Positions 8,754-18,077 of a stretch of DNA of 32,689 nucleotides are shown here, piece by piece (the first letter of the stretch is position 1; the number at the start of each line of letters is the position of its first letter). The translations under genes and the position numbers were made by a program. The DNA is from Acidobacteriota bacterium (GTDB lineage: Bacteria; Acidobacteriota; Blastocatellia; Pyrinomonadales; Pyrinomonadaceae). The stretch is from positions 1 to 32,689 of the forward strand of contig JBKPJP010000225.1 of the NCBI GenBank assembly GCA_046730735.1, written 5' to 3'. The notes below the pieces were generated by a model. It worked only from the letters and a program-made list of their open reading frames with translations, had not been told where the DNA came from and did not search any database.

Positions 8754-9874
8754 TCATTGGTCTCCCCAAAGAAATCAAAGACAACGAATATCGTGTCGGG
8801 CTCACGCCCGCCGGCGTACGCGCGCTCAAGGATGCGGGTCACGACGTGCGAGTTGAGACTAATGCCGGCGCCGGTTCCGGGTTTGAAGATTCACTCTACG
8901 AACGCGCGGGCGGCAGGATTATCGGATCGGCTGACGAGATTTGGGCCAACGCCGACATGATCGTGAAAGTGAAAGAACCGATCGCGCCGGAGTACCCGCG
9001 CATGCGCGAGGGTCAACTGCTCTTCACGTATCTTCATCTCGCTCCCGATCGTGAACTGACCAAACAACTCATCGAACGTAAAGTCACCGGCATTGCTTAC
9101 GAGACGATTACCGATCGTCGTGGCACCTTGCCGTTGTTGACGCCGATGTCGGAAGTCGCGGGACGCATGGCGATCCAAGTCGGCGCGCACTATCTGGAGA
9201 AGATGGTTGGTGGACGAGGAATTCTGCTCGGGGGCGTGCCGGGCGTTCCGGCGGCGCGAGTCGTGATTATCGGTGGCGGGGTCGTCGGTACCAACGCTGC
9301 GAAGATCGCAGTGGGCATGGGCGCGCACGTCACCATCATCGACAATAATCTCGATCGACTACGCGAGCTCGACGACATCTTCCTCTCGAAGATCTCGACG
9401 CTCGCGTCCAGTGCTTACATGATTCACGATGCAATCTCGCAGGCCGATCTGATCGTGGGCGCGGTGCTCGTGCCCGGCGCGGCGGCGCCGAAGCTCATCA
9501 CACGCGAGATGCTGAAAGATGTTCCGAACGGAGCGGTCATCGTGGACGTCGCAGTGGACCAGGGCGGCTGCATTGAAACGTCACGCCCGACCACACACTC
9601 GAATCCCACCTACTACGTTGAAGGGGTGTTGCACTACTGCGTCGCAAACATGCCGGGCGCGGTGCCGCGCACTTCAACCTTCGCCTTGACGAACGCGACG
9701 CTGCCTTACGCTTTGAAGATCGCTAAGAAAGGTTTCTTTGACGCGATTGCAAGCGATCCGGGTCTGAAAGAGGGCGTCAACACTTACGCCGGTCACTGCA
9801 CTTACGAAGCGGTCGCCTCCGCTCAGGGTATCCCTTACTCACCGCTGAATAACCTGTTAAATAATCCGCGTTAA
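8750..9874 (+). CDS. ald: Alanine dehydrogenase
   Basis: [21 protein letters not shown]-terminus, NAD motif [14 protein letters not shown] and [10 protein letters not shown]. The start overlaps the ALDH stop as ATGA. Confidence 0.92.
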   Translation: MIIGLPKEIKDNEYRVGLTPAGVRALKDAGHDVRVETNAGAGSGFEDSLYERAGGRIIGSADEIWANADMIVKVKEPIAPEYPRMREGQLLFTYLHLAPDRELTKQLIERKVTGIAYETITDRRGTLPLLTPMSEVAGRMAIQVGAHYLEKMVGGRGILLGGVPGVPAARVVIIGGGVVGTNAAKIAVGMGAHVTIIDNNLDRLRELDDIFLSKISTLASSAYMIHDAISQADLIVGAVLVPGAAAPKLITREMLKDVPNGAVIVDVAVDQGGCIETSRPTTHSNPTYYVEGVLHYCVANMPGAVPRTSTFALTNATLPYALKIAKKGFFDAIASDPGLKEGVNTYAGHCTYEAVASAQGIPYSPLNNLLNNPR

Positions 9875-10287
9875 TGCGCGGCCAGGTTTGAGATCGTCGA
9901 CAGCAAATCCTCGGGTGAGACGGGCTTCGCCAGAAACGCGTCCACCTGCTCGGATTCGTCCGTAGTATTCCGCGGATCGAGTGCGCTGAGCAGGATTATC
10001 GGCAGGTGCGCAAGATGCTGGCTGTTCCTCACAAACCTACACAACTCGTATCCGTCAAGATTCGGCATCAAGGCATCCGTCAATATCACATCGACCTGCG
10101 TTGCCAGCAGAGACTTCATCGCTTCCAAACCGTCGCCCGCCGAGATGACTGAGTAGCCTGCGCGTTGCAGTACGACTTCGAGATAACGCCTTAGCGCCGG
10201 ATCATCCTCGACCAACAGGACACACTGAACCCTTTCTGGGGCTCCCGCCAAAAATGGAGTTATTTCGAGTGTGTCTTGCCTGATCAT
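9871..10287 (-). CDS. Stand-alone response regulator receiver domain (CheY-like)
   Basis: 138 aa with acidic pocket LVEDD, phospho-acceptor context [12 protein letters not shown] and conserved Lys in FLAKP. No output domain. Its stop overlaps the ald stop in the tetranucleotide TTAA. Confidence 0.85.
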   Translation of the reverse strand: MIRQDTLEITPFLAGAPERVQCVLLVEDDPALRRYLEVVLQRAGYSVISAGDGLEAMKSLLATQVDVILTDALMPNLDGYELCRFVRNSQHLAHLPIILLSALDPRNTTDESEQVDAFLAKPVSPEDLLSTISNLAAH

Positions 10288-10381
10288 GAGTTTGCGTGAG
10301 TTTCGAGGCGTAGGGGAGCCGTATAAGATGGCCCGCAGGTAGCAGGGTAGCTTGCACGCGCAACTGTTGTCAAACGTTTTT

Positions 10382-10452
10382 AGCCGCAGATAAACGCGGA
10401 TTCTTAACGGATTTGATTAGATCTGTGTAGAAATCCGTGTTCATCCGTGGCT
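10382..10452. repeat. Family B element, full imperfect hairpin
   Basis: AGCCGCAGATAAACGCGGATT (10382-10402) against the reverse complement of 10432-10452 (AGCCACGGATGAACACGGATT). The right arm encodes the last residues (SHG) and the stop of the AsnB gene. Confidence 0.7.
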
Positions 10453-12372
10453 AATAAATGTCCGGTGCCAGAGTTCGAGGCCAAGTAACTGAAAAACCTG
10501 GAGGTTATAGTCCTCACGCCCGGAAAAGTTGGCGTCGATGACCCGCTTTACTTCCTCAGGCCGGAAGATGCCCCGGCGTTTGACCGTCTCCTCCGACAGC
10601 AGGTCATCGATCATCGGCCGCAGCGCGCCGCGAAGCCAGGACCGGATTGGCGCTCCGAACCCCGCCTTCCGGCGCCAAATGACTTCTTTCGGCAACACGC
10701 CTTCGAGCGCTCGCTTCAGCACGTATTTGCGCGTCAGCCCGCGGAGTTTTAGTCGCGGCGGCATGCGCGCCGCCATCTCAATCATCTCGCGGTTGAGAAA
10801 CGGCACGCGCACCTCGAGATTCGCGGCCATCGACGTCTTGTCAGTCGTCAGCAGGTTCAGACACGGCAGGAAGGTCTTCAGATCGACGTATAGGAGTTGA
10901 TTCAACGGCGCCGCATTCGCAACACGCGCGAAGTAGCCCCGATGTGCTGCGTAAGGATCGTACTCGCTCGTGAGCGAGCGCCAATCGTCGGAGTAGAGTC
11001 GCTGCTTCATCTCATTCGTGAAGTAAGTGCCGTAACCAAGATAACGATCCTCGAAATCGAGTGCGGCGCTACGCGCAAACTTCTTCGCATTTCGAAGCGG
11101 CGCCGTAAACTTCCCCGGCAGGCCGCCCGGCAAGACGCCGGCAACAGTCTTCATCAACGGCCGGCGCAAAAGGTTCGGCACCGGATCGAACGCCGACGCG
11201 ATCTTCATCGCCATCTGTCGCGGATAGCCGGCGAACACTTCGTCGCCGCCCATGCCCGATAGCATCACCGTCAGCGTCTCGCGCGCTGCATTCGAGATGA
11301 GATAACTCGGAATCGCCATGTCGATTGGCGGTTCCTCCATGTGATAGACGAGCTTCGGCAACAGATCGGCGACCGACGGTTTCAACATGATCTCGTGATA
11401 GTCAGTCTGCAACTGCTCGTTGACACGGCGCGCCCACTGCACGTCGTCGGGGATGATGTCGTAACGCAGATCTTCGCTCTCGATGCCGGCCGTGTAGGTG
11501 CTGATCGGACGCCCATTGCTGTGACGTTCCATCATCGCGACGATGCCCGACGAGTCGATGCCGCCGGAGAGAAACGCTCCGAGTGGCACGTCGGCAACCA
11601 TCTCCATTTTCACGACGTGGTCGAGCGTGTCGAGCACGCGTTCACGCCACCAGGTTTCGTCTTTGCTTTCGTCGATGGCAGTAAAAGAGACGTCCCACCA
11701 TTGGTTGAGTTTTAGTTCGTCGCCATGAAAGTGAAGCACGTGTGCGGGCGGAACTGTTTTGATGTTGGCGAATAGCGTGTTTGGATCCGGTGACCAGAGA
11801 AAAGTCAGAAACTGGTGCAGCGCTTCGGGGTTGAGTTCCGGTTTGACTAAACGGGTCGCGAGGATCGCTTTAATCTCTGAACCAAAGACGAACGCTTGCT
11901 TTGCGGGAATAAAAGCATAGTAGAGAGGCTTGATGCCGGCGTGATCGCGCGCGAGTGTCAGCGTGCGCTCTTTGTTATCCCACACGGCGAACGCAAACAT
12001 GCCGTTGAGATGGTCCAACGCATCCCAACTCCACTCGGAGATTGCTTCGAGCAAGACTTCAGCGTCACTGTCGGTCTGAAACTCATGTCCGCGAAGACGC
12101 AGTTGCTCGCGGAGCTCACGATAGTTGTAGATCTCGCCGTTGAACGTGAGGACGTAACGGCCATCATGCGAGAACATCGGCTCGTGTCCGCCGGGCGACG
12201 TATCGATAATCGCAAGCCGTCGATGCCCGAGACACGCGCGTCGCCCGGACGAATCGATCGACTCCGAAACCCAAACACCCTGATCGTCACGCCCGCGGTG
12301 CTCGATCGTATCGAGCATCGGCCCGATCAATCGTTCCGGCTCGCGACTAATAATCCCCGCAATCCCACACAT
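10441..12372 (-). CDS. asnB: Asparagine synthase (glutamine-hydrolysing) family amidotransferase, paralog 1
   Basis: N-terminal nucleophile MCGIAGI, HRGRDD, FNGEIYNY and PP-loop FLSGGIDSS. 643 aa. Confidence 0.9.
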   Translation of the reverse strand: MCGIAGIISREPERLIGPMLDTIEHRGRDDQGVWVSESIDSSGRRACLGHRRLAIIDTSPGGHEPMFSHDGRYVLTFNGEIYNYRELREQLRLRGHEFQTDSDAEVLLEAISEWSWDALDHLNGMFAFAVWDNKERTLTLARDHAGIKPLYYAFIPAKQAFVFGSEIKAILATRLVKPELNPEALHQFLTFLWSPDPNTLFANIKTVPPAHVLHFHGDELKLNQWWDVSFTAIDESKDETWWRERVLDTLDHVVKMEMVADVPLGAFLSGGIDSSGIVAMMERHSNGRPISTYTAGIESEDLRYDIIPDDVQWARRVNEQLQTDYHEIMLKPSVADLLPKLVYHMEEPPIDMAIPSYLISNAARETLTVMLSGMGGDEVFAGYPRQMAMKIASAFDPVPNLLRRPLMKTVAGVLPGGLPGKFTAPLRNAKKFARSAALDFEDRYLGYGTYFTNEMKQRLYSDDWRSLTSEYDPYAAHRGYFARVANAAPLNQLLYVDLKTFLPCLNLLTTDKTSMAANLEVRVPFLNREMIEMAARMPPRLKLRGLTRKYVLKRALEGVLPKEVIWRRKAGFGAPIRSWLRGALRPMIDDLLSEETVKRRGIFRPEEVKRVIDANFSGREDYNLQVFQLLGLELWHRTFISHG

Positions 12373-12380
12373 TGATCAGT

Positions 12381-12403
12381 AAAAAATCCGTGTAATCCGT
12401 GGG
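12381..12403. repeat. Family B units forming an intercistronic junction
   Basis: AAAAAATCCGTGTAATCCGTGGG lies directly between the oxidoreductase stop (12404) and the AsnB start (12372). Confidence 0.5.
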
Positions 12404-14539
12404 CTAAATTTCAAACGGGCGGCGCTCGCGAAGAGAATCGAGCACGCGAAACGTGGCGCGCGTCGTCGCTTCCAGTTCGTCGAGACTGATCAGAGCGACG
12501 CTGCTTTTACAAATCTCGCGCACCTGCGCTTGCTGACCCTTATCCTGCGCCTTCAACACGACCTGCTCTTCGCGCCCGTCTTTGTAAAGCGTAGCGCGCC
12601 GGAAATCGTCGAGCACGAACACTCGTCCCGCGCCAAAAATCTCGAGTCGTTCCTTCGCCAATCCCTTATCGCCTTCGCTCAAATACGCCACCGTGCCATT
12701 CGACCCATCCGCGAATCGCAAAGTGATAAAAACAGAGTCGGCATCGACGATCTTGCTCGACTTCGCACCGATCGATTCCGCAAACACCGACACTGGCGGC
12801 GCTCCCGTCAAAAACTGCATCAGGTCGATGAAGTGACAAACCTCGCCGACAATCCGCCCGCCTCCCTCTTCAGCATTTTGCGTCCAGTGTTCCTTCGGAA
12901 TGCGACCGGCATTCACTCGATACAACATCGAGAGGGGCGTGTCGCAGCCCTCAAAGAACTCTTTCGCACGCTGCGCGAGAGGCGAGAAACGCCGGTTGAA
13001 TCCAACCATCAAACGGCCCGTCGAACGGTCTGCCGCGTCCAGCACTGCATCAAGCTGTTCGTCGTTGAGCGCCAGTGGCTTTTCAACAAACACATGCTTG
13101 TTTCGCTCGAGCGCTTTGCGCGCGAGCTCGGCGTGCAGATCGTGTCTCGTACCGACGACGACGAGATTGACGTTTGTGTCGTCAAGCACCTCTTCCGCGC
13201 TCGAAACCGCATACGCAAACCCGAATCGCTTGCCAACGTCGTGCGCCGAGATTCCCGACGCCGTTGCAATTGCTCGAAACTCAACGCCTTCAGTCTTGAA
13301 GTGCGGCAGCAACATTGCCGGAACGTAACCGCCCGCGCCAATCACGCCCAGCACGATCGATTTCTCCGACTTCTGCACAGGCGCGCCGAGTGAAATCTTC
13401 CGCACCACCTCGGCTTGCGGATCGTAATTGAGCACGACGCCGAGATTCGGCTCGCGCAGTTCGCCCGAGATCAACTGGTAAGCCCGATCCGCTTCGGAGA
13501 TCGGAAACCGGTGCGTCGTCAAACGCTCGACATTGATCCGCCCATCGCCGGTGAGTTCGAGAAAGCTCTCGATGTTTCGCTTCTCGGTCCAACGCACGTA
13601 CGGCAGCGGATAATCGTGACCTCGCTCTTCGTACTCCGGATCGTAACGGCCTGGTCCATACGACATCGAGATCACGAGCTTGAGTTCGCGACTGAAGAAC
13701 GGCGCGCGCGGAATGTCCATGCCGGTCATGCCGACAACGATCACGCGGCCTTTCAGACGCGAGACGCGCGCTGCTAATTCCACCGGTTCATTTGAATCGG
13801 TAGCAGCCGTGATCAAAACCGCGTCAGCGCCATGCCCGCGCGTCCAGGCTTCGATCTCTTTGGCGGACGTTTCGCTCGAAAGAGATGCTTTGTCTGCGCC
13901 TAGTTCGAGCGCGAGCGCAACGCGCGTCTGGTCCAGGTCGAGACCAAATACGCGACAACCATTCGCTTTCAGAAGTTGGACCGTGAGTTGTCCGACAAGC
14001 CCGAGTCCGATAACGACCACCGATTCGCCCAGCGTCGGCTCGGCCAGTCGCACTCCCTGCAATGCAATCGCTCCGAGCGTTCCATACGCGCCTGACTCAA
14101 AACTGACGCCCTCAGGCAAGTGCACACAGAGATTCTTCGGCACCGACAACACTTCCGCATGTGAAGCGTAACCAACGCCCGCACACGCAACTCGATCCCC
14201 GACCTGAAACTCGCTCACGTCTTCGCCCACTGCAGCAACGATGCCGGACGCGCTGTAACCCAACGCCTGCGACGCAGCCATCTTGTCGCGCACCGATGCA
14301 AACGTATTGAGCAGCCCTTCGTTCTTCACCTTCGCAACCACAGCCTTCACAAGATCCGGTCGCTGGCGTGCCTCCTGGACCAACCCTTTACTGACCAGTT
14401 CGACCGCAGCCCGCTCAGTCCCCGCGCTGATCAACGAAGCAACGGTGCGCACAAGTACACGCCCCTTCTGCAACGCCGGCACCGGCACTTCACCAACGAA
14501 TGGCCTACCCGTCTTTCTGTTTTGCAACACCTGCTTCAT
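12404..14539 (-). CDS. Bi-domain oxidoreductase: N-terminal MDR/Zn-ADH-like domain fused to a C-terminal Gfo/Idh/MocA domain
   Basis: 711 aa. The N-terminal half has a GroES-like region plus Rossmann motif VIGLGLVGQ. The C-terminal half has VIGAGGYV, a Gfo/Idh/MocA-type Rossmann motif, and EKPLA. Confidence 0.85.
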   Translation of the reverse strand: MKQVLQNRKTGRPFVGEVPVPALQKGRVLVRTVASLISAGTERAAVELVSKGLVQEARQRPDLVKAVVAKVKNEGLLNTFASVRDKMAASQALGYSASGIVAAVGEDVSEFQVGDRVACAGVGYASHAEVLSVPKNLCVHLPEGVSFESGAYGTLGAIALQGVRLAEPTLGESVVVIGLGLVGQLTVQLLKANGCRVFGLDLDQTRVALALELGADKASLSSETSAKEIEAWTRGHGADAVLITAATDSNEPVELAARVSRLKGRVIVVGMTGMDIPRAPFFSRELKLVISMSYGPGRYDPEYEERGHDYPLPYVRWTEKRNIESFLELTGDGRINVERLTTHRFPISEADRAYQLISGELREPNLGVVLNYDPQAEVVRKISLGAPVQKSEKSIVLGVIGAGGYVPAMLLPHFKTEGVEFRAIATASGISAHDVGKRFGFAYAVSSAEEVLDDTNVNLVVVGTRHDLHAELARKALERNKHVFVEKPLALNDEQLDAVLDAADRSTGRLMVGFNRRFSPLAQRAKEFFEGCDTPLSMLYRVNAGRIPKEHWTQNAEEGGGRIVGEVCHFIDLMQFLTGAPPVSVFAESIGAKSSKIVDADSVFITLRFADGSNGTVAYLSEGDKGLAKERLEIFGAGRVFVLDDFRRATLYKDGREEQVVLKAQDKGQQAQVREICKSSVALISLDELEATTRATFRVLDSLRERRPFEI

Positions 14540-14540
14540 A

Positions 14541-14570
14541 AATCCGCGTTCATCCGCGTAGATCCGCGGC
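14541..14570. repeat. Family B: three exact-phase tandem decamers at a gene junction
   Basis: AATCCGCGTT CATCCGCGTA GATCCGCGGC. It contains the stop (14550-14552) and last 7 codons (LAADLRG) of the upstream gene, and ends 1 nt from the downstream ATG (14539). Confidence 0.8.
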
Positions 14571-15731
14571 TAAAACAGTTTCAATCAAATCACTCACCCA
14601 CTCAGCGCGCGCGTCCCAGGTGCCGGAAGCGACAGCGGCCTGTCTGCGCGCCGCATCCGCAGGATCAGTATCGAACAATGCCTCCTCAACCAGTCGAATA
14701 AAATCGTCTCGCGTGCGAGCGATCCGCAACACGTCGCGCATCGGCTCGTATTCCGGTAACGGCGAAATCACCACCGGCTTGCCCGTCGCGAGATACTCGC
14801 GCACCTTGATCGCCGAGCCATAGCTCGTGAAAGACTGCTCAGTTTCCCACGGCAGCACGCAAACGTCGAATCCCGCCGCATACGACGGCAACTCCGCATA
14901 CGCGACGGGCGGCAGAAAGTGCGTATTGGGTAACTCTTCAATCTCCAGCCCGCGCGACTTGTTGCCAATGAACACCCACTGCCACTCCGGACGCTCGCGC
15001 GCCGCACGTTTGATCAACTCCTGGTCCACCAGCCACGGTTCAACCGCGCCAAAATACCCGAGACGCGGGCGCGGAATCTTCTCGATCTCCGGGGCCACAG
15101 TCATTTCGGCGACGCGACGCCAGTGATTGAAGTCTACGCCCTGCTCGAGCAAGTATGACCGCTCACATCCGCGCGTCGCTTCGGTGAAGAGTTTACGTCC
15201 TGAATAGAAGATGAGGTCGGCGGCGTCGATCGCCTTTTCATGCAGCCGGCGAATCAGCGCCGGATCGGTAGCATGATCCATCGTGTTCGCATCATACTTG
15301 TCTGACACGTGATAGACCACCATCGACTCATCCAGCGCGCCAATCATGTCGGCAGCAGTCGGAATCGCGATCCAGAGGATCGGATTTGTCAGCCCGCGAT
15401 TACGCGCGAGACGTTTGATCTGAGCACCAAGCAGGCGCCGGTTGATCTTGCGCGCGGCGGCGCTGCCGAAAAACGGCAGGCTCGCAGGCGAGACCACCGT
15501 GATACCTTCGCCAGTCTGGCGAGCGAGTTTCGCATAACTGCCGAGTTTGCGTTTGATACGAGGCAGGAGATCCTTATGGGCCAGCCCGGGCAGACCCATC
15601 GAGATCGAGTTAACAAAGATCACTTTGTTGCCGGCGCGCGCGAACTGGCGCATCAGATGGGCCTTCGAGTGCGGGTGGTGATACCACCAATCTTCACCAC
15701 CAAAGCAGATTATCGAGCGATTTCGGAGCAC
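14550..15731 (-). CDS. Glycosyltransferase, GT-B fold (GT4-like)
   Basis: 393 aa. N-terminus SIICFGGEDWWYHHPHSKAHLMRQFARAGNKVIFVN is typical of this class. The C-terminal half carries KVREYLATGKPVV (nucleotide-sugar binding region). GTG start. Confidence 0.75.
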   Translation of the reverse strand: MLRNRSIICFGGEDWWYHHPHSKAHLMRQFARAGNKVIFVNSISMGLPGLAHKDLLPRIKRKLGSYAKLARQTGEGITVVSPASLPFFGSAAARKINRRLLGAQIKRLARNRGLTNPILWIAIPTAADMIGALDESMVVYHVSDKYDANTMDHATDPALIRRLHEKAIDAADLIFYSGRKLFTEATRGCERSYLLEQGVDFNHWRRVAEMTVAPEIEKIPRPRLGYFGAVEPWLVDQELIKRAARERPEWQWVFIGNKSRGLEIEELPNTHFLPPVAYAELPSYAAGFDVCVLPWETEQSFTSYGSAIKVREYLATGKPVVISPLPEYEPMRDVLRIARTRDDFIRLVEEALFDTDPADAARRQAAVASGTWDARAEWVSDLIETVLAADLRG

Positions 15732-15743
15732 AGGATTCGAAAG

Positions 15744-15778
15744 ATTTTACAGGATCTGAGGGATTAATACTGTAGAAT
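15744..15778. promoter_or_regulatory. Candidate back-to-back divergent promoter region
   Basis: Inverted pair ATTTTACAG (15744-15752) / CTGTAGAAT (15770-15778) gives a -10-like TAAAAT for the minus gene and TAGAAT for the plus gene. No convincing -35 boxes. Confidence 0.25.
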
Positions 15779-15797
15779 CCCGCAAACTCGGCTGACG

Positions 15798-17291
15798 ATG
15801 GACTCCCGCTCCCACATCGCCCCATTGATACTTTTCAGCGTGACCGCGGTCATCTACCTGTCATTCCCGACGCGCGTCTACTACTGGGACGGCATCGTCT
15901 TCGCACAGGCGATCGAAGATGCTTCGCGACTGAGCCCGTCGCTGGTCCATCCAAACCATCTTATCTACAACTTCGCCGGCTATATCTTTTACAAACTGCT
16001 GCGCGCGTTCGGCGCTGACATCCGAGCGCTGACGGCCTTGCAGATCCTGAACAGTTTGCTCAGCGCGCTTTGCGCGGGTGTCTTGTACTCGATACTGATG
16101 CAGACGTTGCGATCGTTTTGCTTCTCGATCTGTCTCGCATTGCTCTTTGCATTTTCAGCAACGTGGTGGAAATTTTCCACGGACGCAAACGCTTACATTC
16201 CGAGCGTGCTCTTTCTGCTGATTAGTTTTTATCTCGTCATGCCTGGTCAGAAACCAAGACCGCTGCTGACCGCGCTCACGTTTTTCATCAGCATGGCCTT
16301 TCACCAGCTAGCGGTGTTGATGTTCCCGGTTCTGGCGCTGGGCGTTTACTTGCAGGATGTAACTTTCAAGCGACAGGCGCTGAACGCTGTTTACTTCACT
16401 GTCACGGCAGCGGTGCTGATTGTCGCAGCTTATGCGGGCTTGTTCTATCTCACTACCGGCGAGTTTGACCTGGCAAGGTTCATCCGTTGGACCACTTCAT
16501 ACTCGCCTGACGCTGACACGAAGTTCCGTCTCTGGTCCAACTTACAATACTCATTGCGAGGCCAGGTGCGACTGTTCTTTGGGGGCCGGCTCAACTCACT
16601 CCGCGGGCTTCTGAACCCTGCGATCCTCGTGCTGCTACTCTGCCTCGTAGCCGCCATACTATTTTTCATCTTCAACCTTTTGCAAAATCTGCGGCCGATT
16701 AAACTGCTAATGGCGACACGCCAGAAAACAGTGCTCTTGCTCTCGCTCCTCTGGGCCGGCATTTACGTTGTTTTTCTCTTCTTCTGGTTACCGCAGAACA
16801 CTTTCTATCGACTGTTTTATCTCCCGGCACTGATCATTGTGCTCGGACTTGTACTGGCGTCTGTCAAAAACGCGCGCGCAGAGACACGCGCCTTAGCGGC
16901 GTTTGTAATCGCCGCCGCGCTCGCGAATTTTCTGTTTCTCATTTATCCGTATTCACACACGGAGAAGTATCCGCCGCTCGCGTTTGCTTTGCAGATGAGC
17001 CGTGAATGGCCTGAAGGCACGACAGTTTTTTACATGGACGAGAGTTCGGATGCGAGTCTTGTGCGCTACTTCACGCCTCGAACTCGCTGGATGCGAATGC
17101 ACTTGAAGTTTATGGACGATCCAAACGGGGAGATGCGAAACGTCTCTGCCGAAGGCGGCACTATTTGGTTTGAAACCAGCGCGATCGATGCATATCAATC
17201 GGATCAGTGGTTCCAAAAGCACGCGCGGAAAGAGACGTTGAGAGAACTGAACGATGGAGCTTACCGGATTCGATTCGTGCAGGTTTATTAA
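15798..17291 (+). CDS. Polytopic membrane protein, GT-C-like glycosyltransferase or polymerase candidate
   Basis: 497 aa with about 11-12 hydrophobic segments. An acidic/aromatic motif (VYYWDG) follows TM1, as in GT-C enzymes. The C-terminal domain of about 100 aa is soluble. It is the only plus-strand gene in the glycan locus. Confidence 0.55.
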   Translation: MDSRSHIAPLILFSVTAVIYLSFPTRVYYWDGIVFAQAIEDASRLSPSLVHPNHLIYNFAGYIFYKLLRAFGADIRALTALQILNSLLSALCAGVLYSILMQTLRSFCFSICLALLFAFSATWWKFSTDANAYIPSVLFLLISFYLVMPGQKPRPLLTALTFFISMAFHQLAVLMFPVLALGVYLQDVTFKRQALNAVYFTVTAAVLIVAAYAGLFYLTTGEFDLARFIRWTTSYSPDADTKFRLWSNLQYSLRGQVRLFFGGRLNSLRGLLNPAILVLLLCLVAAILFFIFNLLQNLRPIKLLMATRQKTVLLLSLLWAGIYVVFLFFWLPQNTFYRLFYLPALIIVLGLVLASVKNARAETRALAAFVIAAALANFLFLIYPYSHTEKYPPLAFALQMSREWPEGTTVFYMDESSDASLVRYFTPRTRWMRMHLKFMDDPNGEMRNVSAEGGTIWFETSAIDAYQSDQWFQKHARKETLRELNDGAYRIRFVQVY

Positions 17292-17310
17292 CGCGGATTT
17301 TTTGCCACAC
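17288..17310. repeat. Family B unit at a convergent gene junction
   Basis: TTAACGCGGATTTTTTGCCACAC. Its reverse complement contains AATCCGCGTTAA, the same 12-mer seen at 9863-9874. The GCCACA tail is shared with 28291-28300. Confidence 0.55.
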
Positions 17311-18058
17311 ACAACCCCGACACGCCAAACGGCAGATTCATACGTCGCAGGATCCATCTCTCCGCGCCGAAGAGCCGCCCGAGCATTCCATTCAACGCGG
17401 ACACGTTGATGTTGTTCTCTGACTCCGCTTTCACGCCCGTCAGTCGCATCAACTTTCGCATCAGCAGGATCGGCAGGAAGAAGGTGATGTTGGCGTACGT
17501 CATGCGCTCAATCTCGAATCCGGCTTCTTCGAGCACGCGCGCTAATTCCGGTAGACGATACCGGCGACGATGGTGGCTGACGTCATCCTGCAGGCCCCAC
17601 AAAAACATGAACGTCGGCACAAACAACAGCACGCGCCCGCCGGGTCGCAACACGCGTCGCATTTCTTTCAGTCCGGCGAGATCGTCATCCATGTGCTCAA
17701 CGACGTCGAACGCAGTCACGAGGTCGAACGTGCCGTCGTCGTAAGGAAGTTCTTCGCCCGCGCCGAGCTTCACTTTGTCGAGTCCACGCTCGCGACAGAA
17801 CGCGAGTGCATCTTCCGAAATATCGACGCCTTCGGCCTCGCCGTACTTCGAAAGCATCAACAGATTCGCGCCCGTACCGCAGCCCACGTCAAGAATCCTT
17901 GGCCGCCGGTCGGTGACGCCGCGGCAAATGTCTTCGACAAAGCCGGAGAGAATCCGGCGCCGGCCGATATGCCACCAATGTGATTGCTCGACGCGAAAGA
18001 GGATGGGATACGTGTGCTCCATCATCTCGCGCGGCATGCTCTTAACGTCAGAACTCAT
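17288..18058 (-). CDS. Class I SAM-dependent methyltransferase
   Basis: Motif I ILDVGCGTGANLL, then DLVTAFDVVEH and LRPGGRVL. Confidence 0.85.
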   Translation of the reverse strand: MSSDVKSMPREMMEHTYPILFRVEQSHWWHIGRRRILSGFVEDICRGVTDRRPRILDVGCGTGANLLMLSKYGEAEGVDISEDALAFCRERGLDKVKLGAGEELPYDDGTFDLVTAFDVVEHMDDDLAGLKEMRRVLRPGGRVLLFVPTFMFLWGLQDDVSHHRRRYRLPELARVLEEAGFEIERMTYANITFFLPILLMRKLMRLTGVKAESENNINVSALNGMLGRLFGAERWILRRMNLPFGVSGLCVAKNPR

Positions 18059-18077
18059 CTATCGTCACATTAAAGAA

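Noticed and set aside
10288-10380. Perfect TTGACA (minus strand, 10373-10368) as the promoter of the response regulator.
   Set aside because: No acceptable -10 hexamer lies 16-18 nt downstream (CTACCC / GCTACC), so I do not report it as a feature.
10441-12372. AsnB homologues as lasso-peptide cyclases or beta-lactam-synthetase-type enzymes of a natural-product cluster.
   Set aside because: There is no short precursor ORF, transglutaminase-like leader protease, RRE protein or ABC exporter nearby. Both copies sit between sugar-nucleotide and glycosyltransferase genes.
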